The position numbers and the translations under genes are program-made. Below are positions 8,906-20,060 of a DNA stretch of 64,000 nucleotides, piece by piece. Each line of letters starts with the position of its first letter. The stretch's first letter is position 1. Under the pieces are notes generated by a model. It was given only the letters and a program-made list of their open reading frames with translations. It ran no database searches and had not been told where the DNA came from. Source of the DNA: an uncultured Acidobacteriota bacterium (GTDB lineage: Bacteria; Acidobacteriota; Thermoanaerobaculia; Gp7-AA8); NCBI GenBank assembly GCA_963822445.1, contig CAWGHO010000001.1, positions 1,376,001 through 1,440,000 on the forward strand, in the 5' to 3' direction.

Positions 8906-9846
8906 TGAGCAGCCACTTCCGGGCCGTGCTTGCGTTGGCCATTGCGTCGATTGCCCTGCCTTGCGCGGCACAGGAGCTCGACGTTTTCGAATTGACGGAC
9001 TTCGTCGATCCTCGCTTGCGGGGAGCGGAAGTCGAAGAGCTAAAAGTCATCAGTCCGGGAGCCGGCTATCAGTACATCCGCGCCGTGAGCGGCTACATCG
9101 CGAACTACACCTCGCGTACCGATCCGACAGGGGGTGGCGTCGGTTTCCTCCACGTCGCCGGGAACCTCTACTCGGGCGTGAACCAGTTCAATGTGAAGCT
9201 GACCGCGCTGGAGCCGCACGATCTGCGTGAGACTGGCCGCCGGGCCTTATTTCGCGTTACCGGACAGATGGCGCGCTACAGCTTCTCGTACCTCGAGGAC
9301 CCCAAGACGAAGGCGAAAGAGGAGATCGCCGACCGGTTTCTCCTCACCTTATCCGCCGAAGAACGCGACATTTGCCAGCCTGATTCTTCCTCGTCAGTGG
9401 AGGGGAATCTGCCGCGGCCGGTCGTCTGCAAACGACATTTCGATTCCGAGCTCGGTATTCAGTCGGACAGCTCGATCTTCCCCGGCAAGGACAGTGATTT
9501 CGTCGGCTTCACGTTCGGAGTCCGGAATACTGGGGAAGCGGGCCTGATCTTCCGCGGAACGATCGGGTTCCGATTCCTGCAGCAGGAAGTCAGCGTCGGC
9601 CGCATGAGTGTGACCATGGACCACAGCCTCGAGCATGGCTACGGTTCTCTCCACCTCGGAGCAACGCGGCTCGGCCTCGGCTATTCGATCCCGCTCGGAA
9701 AGCGGTTTTCGCTGAACGCCGTCTACCAGCCCAGCTACGTCCCACGTGAGCCGGGCAGCCGCGTGAATCACGAGATGGCCTTCTTCATCGACACTAGGTT
9801 GCTGGCGCGCATCCTACCCACTCAGGAGCCGGCCCCAGCTCAGTGA
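8905..9846 (+). CDS. exported hypothetical protein, possibly outer-membrane beta-barrel
   Basis: Signal peptide; alternating amphipathic strands (LGLGYSIPLGKRFSLNAVYQP, HEMAFFID); TGATG overlap. Confidence 0.7.
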   Translation: MSSHFRAVLALAIASIALPCAAQELDVFELTDFVDPRLRGAEVEELKVISPGAGYQYIRAVSGYIANYTSRTDPTGGGVGFLHVAGNLYSGVNQFNVKLTALEPHDLRETGRRALFRVTGQMARYSFSYLEDPKTKAKEEIADRFLLTLSAEERDICQPDSSSSVEGNLPRPVVCKRHFDSELGIQSDSSIFPGKDSDFVGFTFGVRNTGEAGLIFRGTIGFRFLQQEVSVGRMSVTMDHSLEHGYGSLHLGATRLGLGYSIPLGKRFSLNAVYQPSYVPREPGSRVNHEMAFFIDTRLLARILPTQEPAPAQ

Positions 9847-9893
9847 CGGCACCGCCGAATCGCGTCAAGGATTCGGCGTAATCGGGAGCCGTC
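9845..9893. terminator. stem-loop between convergent genes
   Basis: CGCCGAATC/GATTCGGCG stem inside GACGGC/GCCGTC; no U-tract. Confidence 0.35.
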
Positions 9894-9985
9894 GGCGAGT
9901 AGCCATCACACGAAACAAGGAGGGCGAGGAGAAGGGGGATCCGTTTCTCGATCAGTACGGCTGAACCTCGGTGCGTCCAACCGGA

Positions 9986-12004
<2,019 letters not shown>

Positions 12005-12116
12005 TCAGGGTTCCCAGTTTCATGGCCGCGGGAGTGTACGGACCGCGGCTGAGCTCGGCGTGAACGGCGCGTTACGGACCGGTAGGGATTCCGTCGATTC
12101 GCGACACTCCTGAGTC

Positions 12117-13607
12117 ATGCGAATTTTCGTCTGTGCTCTCGCTCTCCTCGTCAGCGCGTCTCCGGCGTTCGCCTTTCTCGAAGATCTCTGTCAGCCCAGA
12201 AGGGCGAAGGACGGAGCGCTCAGCTGGTGCATCAACCCGAACTGCGTCGCGCCCAACAACAACCCCAACCGCGCCTGCCCGCAACAGCTCGCCGACTTCG
12301 CCTTCATCAAGCCGGGCCGCAGCATGATCCACGCGGACAGCACCTATTTCATCGCCCAGGCCCTCGGATTCCGAGCAGACGTCGCGTACTGGATCGCGGC
12401 GTACGACGAGGTCACCGATTACGGCCAGTACTTCCCCCTCGATCAGTGCGGCGTGCAGGCGTCCACCTCGAACAGCGGCGCGCCGTACATCAGCGCGGCG
12501 TTCAACGGATTCAAGCGGACGAACACGAACACCGACGGGCCGCTGGATCACTACGTCGTGAACTTCTCCCCGAACGGACAAGGAACGGACGTGCACGGCG
12601 CGGGCGGAGTGCAGTCGCTCTATCCGTTCCATTACCCGAAGCCCGGCTATCCGGTGCGCATCGACGACACGTATCAGAAGACGCTCGCCAACCTGCGGCA
12701 GTGGGGACTGCTGAAGACGAACGAGCCGGGCATCCTCTGCACGGTCGGCCTCACCAGCGGCGAGGGCTGTCTGGAAGGGACGATCACCGGCACCGTGCCG
12801 CTGATCATGCGCAGCCAGGCCGGCGTGAAACTGAACGTTCCCGCCGGCAAGAAAGTGCTGAATTACGTGAGCCCGACCAGCTTCACCTACTACGACCAGC
12901 TCGAGTCGGTGCTGCAGGCGTCGACCGGCAAGCTGTGGCTGTCCACGCCGCCCGTGCCGGTGCCCGTGCAGATCGCGCGGTTCGCGCTGTATCTGCATGC
13001 GCTGCAGGACGCGTCGTCGCACGCGACGTATTGCGGCGACGACGCGCCGTCGCCTCCCGGCGGCTCGGACCCGGGCACGTACATGTACCTGAAGAACGCG
13101 AACACGGTGCAGGTCTCGTTCGGCAGCTCGTGCGCGAACAGTCCGCATCTGGCCAGTCACATTCAGGAGACCGGCACCGGCGACGATCCCCTTCCGCTGC
13201 GGGTTTATGTCTCGCTGAACAACACCCTCGATGAGCTGATCAACTTCGGCAACGAAGTGGCCAAGTTCCAGCCCGGCTGGATCGTCAATCCCGAGCTCAT
13301 GCCGCCCAACGTCACCGGCGGAAAGAACGCCCAGGGCTTCAGCGCGGCGGACCTGAAAGCGCTGCTGGTCGGCAAGATCGTTTCCGGAACGGAGTTCTCA
13401 CGCGCCGAGGTCTACCAGTCCGGAATCGTGACCCTGCCCCTGCAGCAGACGAACTCCCTCGATCGCCTCCACGCCATGAACGCCGCCCTGGCCTCATACG
13501 GCGCGACCGTGCAGAAGCAGTCGACGAACCCCGGCGCGTTCACGCCACTCGTGCACATGCCGGGAAATTCGGGGGATCCGAAGAACACCGCTGTCTGCTG
13601 GCAGTGA
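12117..13607 (+). CDS. secreted Cys-rich protein with phospholipase C/P1 nuclease (HET-C/DUF6765-like) motifs
   Basis: Signal peptide; MIHADSTYFIAQALGF, IAAYDEVTD, LHALQDASSH. Confidence 0.6.
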   Translation: MRIFVCALALLVSASPAFAFLEDLCQPRRAKDGALSWCINPNCVAPNNNPNRACPQQLADFAFIKPGRSMIHADSTYFIAQALGFRADVAYWIAAYDEVTDYGQYFPLDQCGVQASTSNSGAPYISAAFNGFKRTNTNTDGPLDHYVVNFSPNGQGTDVHGAGGVQSLYPFHYPKPGYPVRIDDTYQKTLANLRQWGLLKTNEPGILCTVGLTSGEGCLEGTITGTVPLIMRSQAGVKLNVPAGKKVLNYVSPTSFTYYDQLESVLQASTGKLWLSTPPVPVPVQIARFALYLHALQDASSHATYCGDDAPSPPGGSDPGTYMYLKNANTVQVSFGSSCANSPHLASHIQETGTGDDPLPLRVYVSLNNTLDELINFGNEVAKFQPGWIVNPELMPPNVTGGKNAQGFSAADLKALLVGKIVSGTEFSRAEVYQSGIVTLPLQQTNSLDRLHAMNAALASYGATVQKQSTNPGAFTPLVHMPGNSGDPKNTAVCWQ

Positions 13608-13608
13608 T

Positions 13609-13699
13609 GGTTTCGGGGTTGCGGGGTTTCGGGGTTACGAGGTGGAAAAAGCCTCGCAGCTTCCAACCTCGTAACCCCGAAACCCCGTAACCCCGTAAC
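13609..13699. repeat. palindromic octamer-repeat element A2
   Basis: GGTTTC GGGGTTGC GGGGTTTC GGGGTTAC GAGGT...ACCTC GTAACCCC GAAACCCC GTAACCCC GTAAC. Confidence 0.92.
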
Positions 13700-15240
13700 T
13701 ACCCGCTGCGAATGATCTCCTTCAACATCTCATCCTGCAGGTTGTACACGCCGAAGACGCCGGTTCTGTAGCGGTTGAAGAGGAAGGAGAAGGCGTAGAC
13801 CTTGCCGCTCTGGGCGTGGACGTAGCCGGAGAGGCCGATCACGCCGGAGATGTAGCCGGTCTTGGCGTAGACCTGGCGGGCGAAGGGAGGGCGGCGGAGG
13901 CGGTTGCCGAATTTCGAGTCGGGGTCGCCGGTGTAGGGCAGCGAGCTGACAAACTCCTCGCGCCAGGGGCTCTTCCACATGTAGCGCAGCAGAGTCACGA
14001 ACGCATTTGCCGACGCGCGATTGTCGCGGGACATGCCCGAGCCGTCCGCGGCGCGAAACTCGTGGGCGGGAACGCCGATCTTTCCGGTCAGCCAATCCGT
14101 CACCACGGCGTTGCCCGCCGACCAGCTCCCCTGCTTCTTCACTTCCGCGCCGAGCATCTTCAGGACCTGTTCGGCGTAGTGGTTCTGGCTCTTCTTGTTC
14201 ACCACGTAAATGAGGATGCTCAGCGGCGTGGTGTGCTTGGTCAGCGTGCGCCAGTCAGCGCGCGAATCCTGCGGCGTCAGCACGATCTGCCCGGCGATCT
14301 TCAGCCCGTTCTTCTGCAGGGTCTCGTTCGTGACCGTCGCGAAGTAATGCACCGGATTCTCGATGGTGATGAACACCTCGGTCAGCCCCGACCGCGCCGG
14401 CACGCCGCCGCGCACGATCAGGTTGTTCGAGCCGCGATGGCGGGTGATGAACGGCAACCCTCCGCCGGTCCTGCAGGTGTTCTGCACCGAGACGTACGAC
14501 GTCGGCGGATCGAGCTGCACCACGCAGGGCTTGCCGGCACGGCTGGGCAGCACGCGCACGGCGATGCAGCCTTCCTGCAGGGCGAAGGCGGCGATCGGCG
14601 CTTCGTACCAGGCCACCAGTTGATCGGGAGGCCAGGTCGGATGGATGTACTCCGTGTCGAAGTAGCCGTATTCGAAAATCAGATTGCCGGCGATGTTCTT
14701 GATGCCCGCGCGTTTGAGATCGGAGGCCCACTCCTGGATGACCGCCGTGGCATCCCCGTCGTGAAAGCGTCCGCCGATCGTCGGATCGCCCTTGCCGACG
14801 AACTTCACGTCGCCGTTGAGCGTGCCGCTGGCGTCGACCTCTCCGCGAATGTGAACGCTGGTCGTGACCTCGAACGTCGGCTTCAGCAGATCGATCGCCG
14901 CCGCGGTGGTGAACAGCTTCATGTTCGACGCGGGGGCCAGGGCCATGTGCGGATTGCGCTCGGCCACGACGCGGCCGGACTCCAGCTCGACGATCTGGAT
15001 GCTCGAATCGGCGCCGCGGGCAATCGCGCCGTTGACCAGTGAATTGAGCCGCTCTTCGAACGTGGCCCCCACCGGAACGGTCGGCGCGGGAGGAGGTGCC
15101 TTGCGGGTAACGGCGGGCTTCTTCTTCGGAGTGCTCTTCTTCTTTTTCTTCTTCGACTGCGCGTCCGCGGTCGGGTCAATGAGCGCAATCAGAAGGATCG
15201 CGAGAAGCGCGGCTATGCGCGCGGCCGGGCGAGAGGTCAT
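13699..15240 (-). CDS. dacB: D-Ala-D-Ala carboxypeptidase/endopeptidase (PBP4, peptidase S13)
   Basis: PASNMK (SxxK), KSQN (SxN), DGSGMS, AKTG motifs. Confidence 0.95.
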   Translation of the reverse strand: MTSRPAARIAALLAILLIALIDPTADAQSKKKKKKSTPKKKPAVTRKAPPPAPTVPVGATFEERLNSLVNGAIARGADSSIQIVELESGRVVAERNPHMALAPASNMKLFTTAAAIDLLKPTFEVTTSVHIRGEVDASGTLNGDVKFVGKGDPTIGGRFHDGDATAVIQEWASDLKRAGIKNIAGNLIFEYGYFDTEYIHPTWPPDQLVAWYEAPIAAFALQEGCIAVRVLPSRAGKPCVVQLDPPTSYVSVQNTCRTGGGLPFITRHRGSNNLIVRGGVPARSGLTEVFITIENPVHYFATVTNETLQKNGLKIAGQIVLTPQDSRADWRTLTKHTTPLSILIYVVNKKSQNHYAEQVLKMLGAEVKKQGSWSAGNAVVTDWLTGKIGVPAHEFRAADGSGMSRDNRASANAFVTLLRYMWKSPWREEFVSSLPYTGDPDSKFGNRLRRPPFARQVYAKTGYISGVIGLSGYVHAQSGKVYAFSFLFNRYRTGVFGVYNLQDEMLKEIIRSG

Positions 15241-15275
15241 TGGGAGCGCCATCGTGCAATTTTGGTGCGAACCGG

Positions 15276-16040
15276 TCAGAGCCGCTGAAAAGGATGTGGT
15301 AACGCCAGCCGGATCCGCTCGTGAATCGCAAACGGCAAACGGCGGCGCACCGTATCGCGAATCTCCTCGCGCGAATAGCGCCGCGAAAAGTGCGTGAGGA
15401 CGATCAGCTCATTGTCGAACCGCTCCGCAAAGTCGGCGATGTCGTCGATGTGAATGTGCCGATACGTCGCGGCGCGGTCCTGATGTCCTTCCGCGAGGAA
15501 CGAGCATTCGATCAGCAGCACCTGCGCCCGGAACAGGGCGTCGCACTGCTCCAGCAGTCCCCGATCGGTGTCGCCGGTGTAGAAAAGGACAGGCGCGTCG
15601 TGTTCGATCAGCTCGTATGCGCGCGCGGCCACGCGATGCGTCGCGGCGTACGCGCGGATCGATCGCGTGCGTCCCAGCCGGATCTCATCGCCCACCGCCA
15701 CGCCCTGAATCTCGATGTGAAATTGCGTTCCGGCGAGCCGCTCCTGAATCGCCAGAACTTCGCGAAAATCGTCGGCGGATTCCGACGGGACGTACACGAT
15801 TCCGCCTTCGAGCTTCTGCAGCCGCCGCTGCGCCGCGTAAAACGCGATTCCCGCCGAGTGATCGAGATGTGCGTGGGTGATGAAGACCTGCGGCATCGGC
15901 ACGACCATGTCCGGGCAGCGGCCGATGTCGAGGGCGAGACCGAATTCGCGGATGCGGAAGACGGTCTCATGCCCCGAGCGCGAACGCCCTTCCAGCAGGA
16001 AGTGATCGGTCTGGAGGGTGAAGAATTCTTTGTCGTTCAC
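15276..16040 (-). CDS. RNase Z-like MBL-fold metallohydrolase
   Basis: EGRSRSGHET, THAHLDH, YTGDT, IECSF, HIH, LTHFSRRY. Confidence 0.85.
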   Translation of the reverse strand: MNDKEFFTLQTDHFLLEGRSRSGHETVFRIREFGLALDIGRCPDMVVPMPQVFITHAHLDHSAGIAFYAAQRRLQKLEGGIVYVPSESADDFREVLAIQERLAGTQFHIEIQGVAVGDEIRLGRTRSIRAYAATHRVAARAYELIEHDAPVLFYTGDTDRGLLEQCDALFRAQVLLIECSFLAEGHQDRAATYRHIHIDDIADFAERFDNELIVLTHFSRRYSREEIRDTVRRRLPFAIHERIRLALPHPFQRL

Positions 16041-16795
16041 GAAAGCCGCTCGACGAAAGGGATCACTTCGCGCAACTCGCGCACCACCGCGTCGGGCACG
16101 ATCTCCAGCCCATGATCGACCGGCGGCGCTACGGCGGTACCGCGCTTTTCCGGCACGAAGTGGATGCCCCGCATGCCCAGCCGCTGCGCCCCGTGCACGT
16201 CGGCGTAGAGGTTGTCGCCGACGAAGACCATCTCCTCGTACGCGACGTCGAGCCCGCGTCGAAGCTCTTCGAAGATCGACGTGACCGGCTTGCAGAAGCC
16301 ATGTTCGTTGGAGAAGACCATCACGTCGATCGAGGGCGCCAACCCAAGCTCTTCGAGAATGCGCCGCAACGCGTACCCGGGCGTGCGGCCGGTATTGCTG
16401 ATCAAGCCGACGCTGAATCCGCGCGACTTCAGCTCACCGAGCGTCTCCGCCGCGCCATCGACCACAGCCGGCAACACCTCCACCGCGGCATGGGCGTACG
16501 CATCTTCGAGCGCGGCCAGGGTCGGCTCGTCTTTGACCTGGAGCTCGAGCTCGTCGAGAAAGTGCTCGATCTGCGTGCGGCAGGGCACGTCCCTGTCCGC
16601 CGACCAGTACAGCTCCTGGCAGCGGTGCCACAGCGCGCGATACGCATGCTCGATGCGATCGGCAAGTGCCGCGTACCCGCTCTCCGCGAGGATCTGCTCC
16701 ATCCGCGTGAGCCGCAGCCGCTCCTGCTCGCGCGACAGCGCGGGAGTATCGGTGATGAGGGTTTCCCAGAGATCGAAGGAGATGGCTTTGATCAT
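16037..16795 (-). CDS. HAD-family hydrolase
   Basis: SFDLWETL, LISNT, KP, FVGDNLYADVHGA. Confidence 0.9.
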   Translation of the reverse strand: MIKAISFDLWETLITDTPALSREQERLRLTRMEQILAESGYAALADRIEHAYRALWHRCQELYWSADRDVPCRTQIEHFLDELELQVKDEPTLAALEDAYAHAAVEVLPAVVDGAAETLGELKSRGFSVGLISNTGRTPGYALRRILEELGLAPSIDVMVFSNEHGFCKPVTSIFEELRRGLDVAYEEMVFVGDNLYADVHGAQRLGMRGIHFVPEKRGTAVAPPVDHGLEIVPDAVVRELREVIPFVERLS

Positions 16796-16797
16796 TT

Positions 16798-16893
16798 GGT
16801 TCCGGGGTTACGAAGTTACGAGTTACGGGGTTACGGGGTTGCGGGTTGTTGGGGTGGATAGCGATTGCGTAACCCCGAAACCCCGAAACAACC
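16798..16893. repeat. palindromic octamer-repeat element A3 (asymmetric)
   Basis: GGGGTTAC GAAGTTAC GAGTTAC GGGGTTAC GGGGTTGC...GTAACCCC GAAACCCC GAAAC. Confidence 0.88.
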
Positions 16894-17193
16894 TCAGTTC
16901 AGCTTCACCCGCCCCCCGAACCCTTCCTCGTATCCATGAAAGTACTCGAGGGCGGGCTCGGGATGCCGCCAGCAGTAGTAGCCGCCGCCGCTGTCGAAGT
17001 CGACGAGCCAGAGGCCTTTGACCTCGATGCCGAGGGCCATCACCGACTCGGCCCAGTCGGCGACGATCTGCTGATAGACCTCCGGTTCGGCTTCGTCGAT
17101 CTGCTCGACCTGCTCCACGGCGACGTCGGTGAGGCGCTGGACTTCGGGGAGCAGCGCGCAGGCATCTTCATAGGAAAAGATTTTCTTCGGCAT
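16894..17193 (-). CDS. DUF2203 family protein
   Basis: FSYEDACALLP...GIEVKGLWLVDF...YCWRHPEPALEYFHGYEEGFGGR. Confidence 0.85.
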   Translation of the reverse strand: MPKKIFSYEDACALLPEVQRLTDVAVEQVEQIDEAEPEVYQQIVADWAESVMALGIEVKGLWLVDFDSGGGYYCWRHPEPALEYFHGYEEGFGGRVKLN

Positions 17194-17292
17194 CGAAGCG
17201 GCAGTCTATCTAACTAGGCCAACTGGCAACCGACTCTGCCGTGTGCTAAAACGCCGGTTGCATTCGGCAGGTACAACGAGGAGGACATACCG

Positions 17293-17532
17293 ATGTCGGT
17301 AGAGGAAAGGGTCAAGTCCATCATCGTCGAGCAACTCGGCGTGGATGCCGAGGAAGTTACCGCGGAAGCTTCATTCGTCGAGGACCTCGGCGCCGATTCA
17401 CTCGATACGGTCGAGCTGATCATGGCCTTCGAGGAAGAGTTCGGCGTGGAGATCTCCGACGACGAGGCGGAAAAGATCCGCAAAGTCCGCGACGCGGTCG
17501 AGTACATCGACAAGCGCGCCAAGGCTTCGTAG
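17293..17532 (+). CDS. acpP: acyl carrier protein
   Basis: [20 protein letters not shown]; GAGGAGG RBS. Confidence 0.98.
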   Translation: MSVEERVKSIIVEQLGVDAEEVTAEASFVEDLGADSLDTVELIMAFEEEFGVEISDDEAEKIRKVRDAVEYIDKRAKAS

Positions 17533-17549
17533 CCCGCCCAGCCCACCCG

Positions 17550-17626
17550 GTGGTCAGTGGTCAGTTGTCAGTGGTCAGTTGCACTGTCCATAACTCCTGA
17601 CCACTGATCACTGACCACTGACCACT
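17550..17626. repeat. palindromic heptamer-repeat element B1 (GTGGTCA)
   Basis: GTGGTCA GTGGTCA GTTGTCA GTGGTCA-spacer-TGACCAC TGATCAC TGACCAC TGACCAC. Confidence 0.92.
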
Positions 17627-17637
17627 CACACCACCCA

Positions 17638-18883
17638 ATGACCAAACGTCGTGTCGTCGTCACCGGCTTGGGAATGATCTCCCCCCTCGGCGTAGGGAAC
17701 GCCCCCACCTGGCAGGGCCTCGTCGACGGACGCTCCGGCATCGGACAGATCACCAAGTTCGATGCGACGGACTACGCCTGCCGCATCGCCGGCGAGATCA
17801 GGGATTTCAACGCCGAGGACTACATCGAGAAGAAAGAGGTCAAGAAGTCGGACACGTTCATCCACTACGCCGTCGCCGCCGCGACGATGGCTGCCGAGGA
17901 TGCCGGGTTCGATTCGGCCAAGGAAGATCAGGATCGCGTCGGCGTGATCATCGGCTCGGGCATCGGCGGTCTCCCGCTGATCGAGGAGATGCACAAGAAG
18001 CTGATCGAGCGCGGACCGTCGCGGATCTCTCCCTTCTTCATCCCCGGGCTGATCGTGAATCTCGCCGCGGGGCACATTTCCATCCGCTTCGGTTGCAAAG
18101 GTCCGAGCTCCGCTCCGGCGACCGCCTGCGCGACCGGCGCTCATGCGATCGGTGACGCGGCGAAAATCATCCGCTACGACGAAGCCGACGTGATGTTCGC
18201 CGGCGGCAGCGAGGCGGTGATCACGTCACTCGCGGTCGGCGGATTCGCGGCCATGCGGGCGCTGTCCACGCGCAATGACGAGCCGCAACGCGCATCGCGT
18301 CCCTGGGACGCGCAGCGCGACGGCTTCGTGATGGGCGAAGGGGCGGGCGTGCTGATTCTCGAAGAACGCGAGCATGCGCTGGCGCGCGGCGCGACGATTT
18401 ACTGCGAGCTGACCGGCTACGGCATGTCCAGCGACGCGTTCCACATCACCTCGCCGGCCGAGGATGGCAGCGGCATGGCGCGAGTGATGGCCCGGGCGCT
18501 GAAAGATGCGGGACTGCAGCCGACCGACATCAACTACATCAACGCGCACGGCACGTCGACACCCGTCGGCGACCAGCACCGAGACCGTCGCCATCAAGAC
18601 CGTCTTCGGCGAAGACGCGTACAAGATTCCGGTGAGCTCGACCAAGTCCATGACCGGTCACCTCCTCGGCGCCGCCGGCGGCCTGGAGTCGGCGATTGCG
18701 GCGATGACGATCAAGACGGGGATCATCCCGCCGACGATCAACTACGAGAACCCCGATCCGGTGTGCGATCTCGACTACGTGCCGAACACGGCCCGGAAGG
18801 TCGAGAACATCACGCACGTGCTGTCGAACTCGTTCGGCTTCGGCGGGACGAACGCGACGCTGATTTTCTCGAGACACGAGTAG
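17638..18883 (+). CDS. fabF: beta-ketoacyl-ACP synthase II (one frameshift near 18575, probably an error)
   Basis: [22 protein letters not shown] in one frame; [14 protein letters not shown] and [10 protein letters not shown] in the next. Confidence 0.95.
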
Positions 18884-18899
18884 TTTCGGGGTTATGAGG
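18883..18899. repeat. truncated remnant of the octamer element (A6)
   Basis: GTTTC GGGGTTAT GAGG directly after the fabF stop; no inverted arm. Confidence 0.4.
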
Positions 18900-18950
18900 A
18901 GACGCGCGTTGATTTGCGCGGCGCGTACTTTGCACTGTAAAGTACTCGCC

Positions 18951-20060
18951 ATGAAATACGACATTGCCGTCATCGGGGCCGGGCTGGCCGGCCTGCAGTG
19001 CGCGCGGCTCCTCGCCTCGCGCGGTCTCCGCGTGGTCATCGTCGACCGCAAGCCGACCGTGACCGGTCCCGTCCACACCACGGGGATCTTCGTGCGGAAA
19101 ACGTGGGAAGACTTCCCCCTGCCGGAGGAACAGCTCGGTCCGCCCATCCGCGAGGTGATCCTCTACTCCCCCGCCCGCCGCCCGTTCGCGCTGCACGCGC
19201 AACGCGACGAGTTCCGCGTCGGACGGATGGCCTGGCTACAGTTGTGGATGCTCGAGCAATGCACGCGGGCGGGCGTGGAGTGGATCCCCGGAGCGCGGGT
19301 GATCGCGTGCGATGCGCAATCGATCACCATCGTGCGGAATGGAAAACGGGAGACGATCGCGGCGCGGTTCATCGTCGGCGCGGACGGCGCGCGGTCGATG
19401 GTCGCCGAGCAGCTCGAACTCGATCGCAATCGCGAGCTGCTCGTCGGCGTCGAGGAAGTGGTGCCGCCGATCTCCCGCGAGCGGGTCCTGCACTGCTTCG
19501 TCGATCCCCGCCTGGCTCCCGGCTACATCGGCTGGGTGGCGAACGACGGCGAGGAAGCGCACATCGGCGTGGCCGGGTATCGCCGCGGATGGGATCCGTC
19601 GCGCGCGCTGCAGATATTTCGCGGCAGCCTGCCCTGGTCACCGGGTCGCACGATCGAGCGCCGCGGCGGCCTGATTCCGGTCGGCGGCATCCTGCGGCGC
19701 ATCGCGTCACCACGGGGACTGCTCGTCGGCGATGCCGCCGGCGCAGTCTCGCCGCTCACCGCGGGTGGACTCGACGGCGCGCTGCGGCTCTCCTCCTTCG
19801 CGTCGGACGTCATCGCGGCCTATCTCGAGCGCGGCGACGCGAGCATCCTCGCCCAGTACACCGGCGACCGTTTCCGGGCGCGCTTCATCGCCCGGCGCTG
19901 GATGCGTCACGCCATCCGCACGGTGAGCACGCCGCTGGTCGCGGAAGCAGCACTGGCGATGCTGCGCCTTCCGGCGATGCGCGGCATCGCCGAGCATGTC
20001 TTCTTCGCGCGCGGCTCGTTCCCCGACATGAAGCTCGAGCTGACGCCTAGTCGCGCTTGA
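18951..20060 (+). CDS. NAD(P)/FAD-dependent oxidoreductase (geranylgeranyl reductase-like)
   Basis: IAVIGAGLAG, VGADGARS, LLVGDAAG...PLTAGG. Confidence 0.88.
   Translation: MKYDIAVIGAGLAGLQCARLLASRGLRVVIVDRKPTVTGPVHTTGIFVRKTWEDFPLPEEQLGPPIREVILYSPARRPFALHAQRDEFRVGRMAWLQLWMLEQCTRAGVEWIPGARVIACDAQSITIVRNGKRETIAARFIVGADGARSMVAEQLELDRNRELLVGVEEVVPPISRERVLHCFVDPRLAPGYIGWVANDGEEAHIGVAGYRRGWDPSRALQIFRGSLPWSPGRTIERRGGLIPVGGILRRIASPRGLLVGDAAGAVSPLTAGGLDGALRLSSFASDVIAAYLERGDASILAQYTGDRFRARFIARRWMRHAIRTVSTPLVAEAALAMLRLPAMRGIAEHVFFARGSFPDMKLELTPSRA

Noticed and set aside
7416-9846. Orphan operon as a prophage, defence island or ICE
   Set aside because: No integrase, phage structural, nuclease or NTPase motifs and no flanking direct repeats were seen.
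17638-18897. fabF and other frameshifted genes as true pseudogenes or programmed frameshifts
   Set aside because: Single-base indels without slippery motifs in otherwise intact core genes are better explained as sequencing errors.
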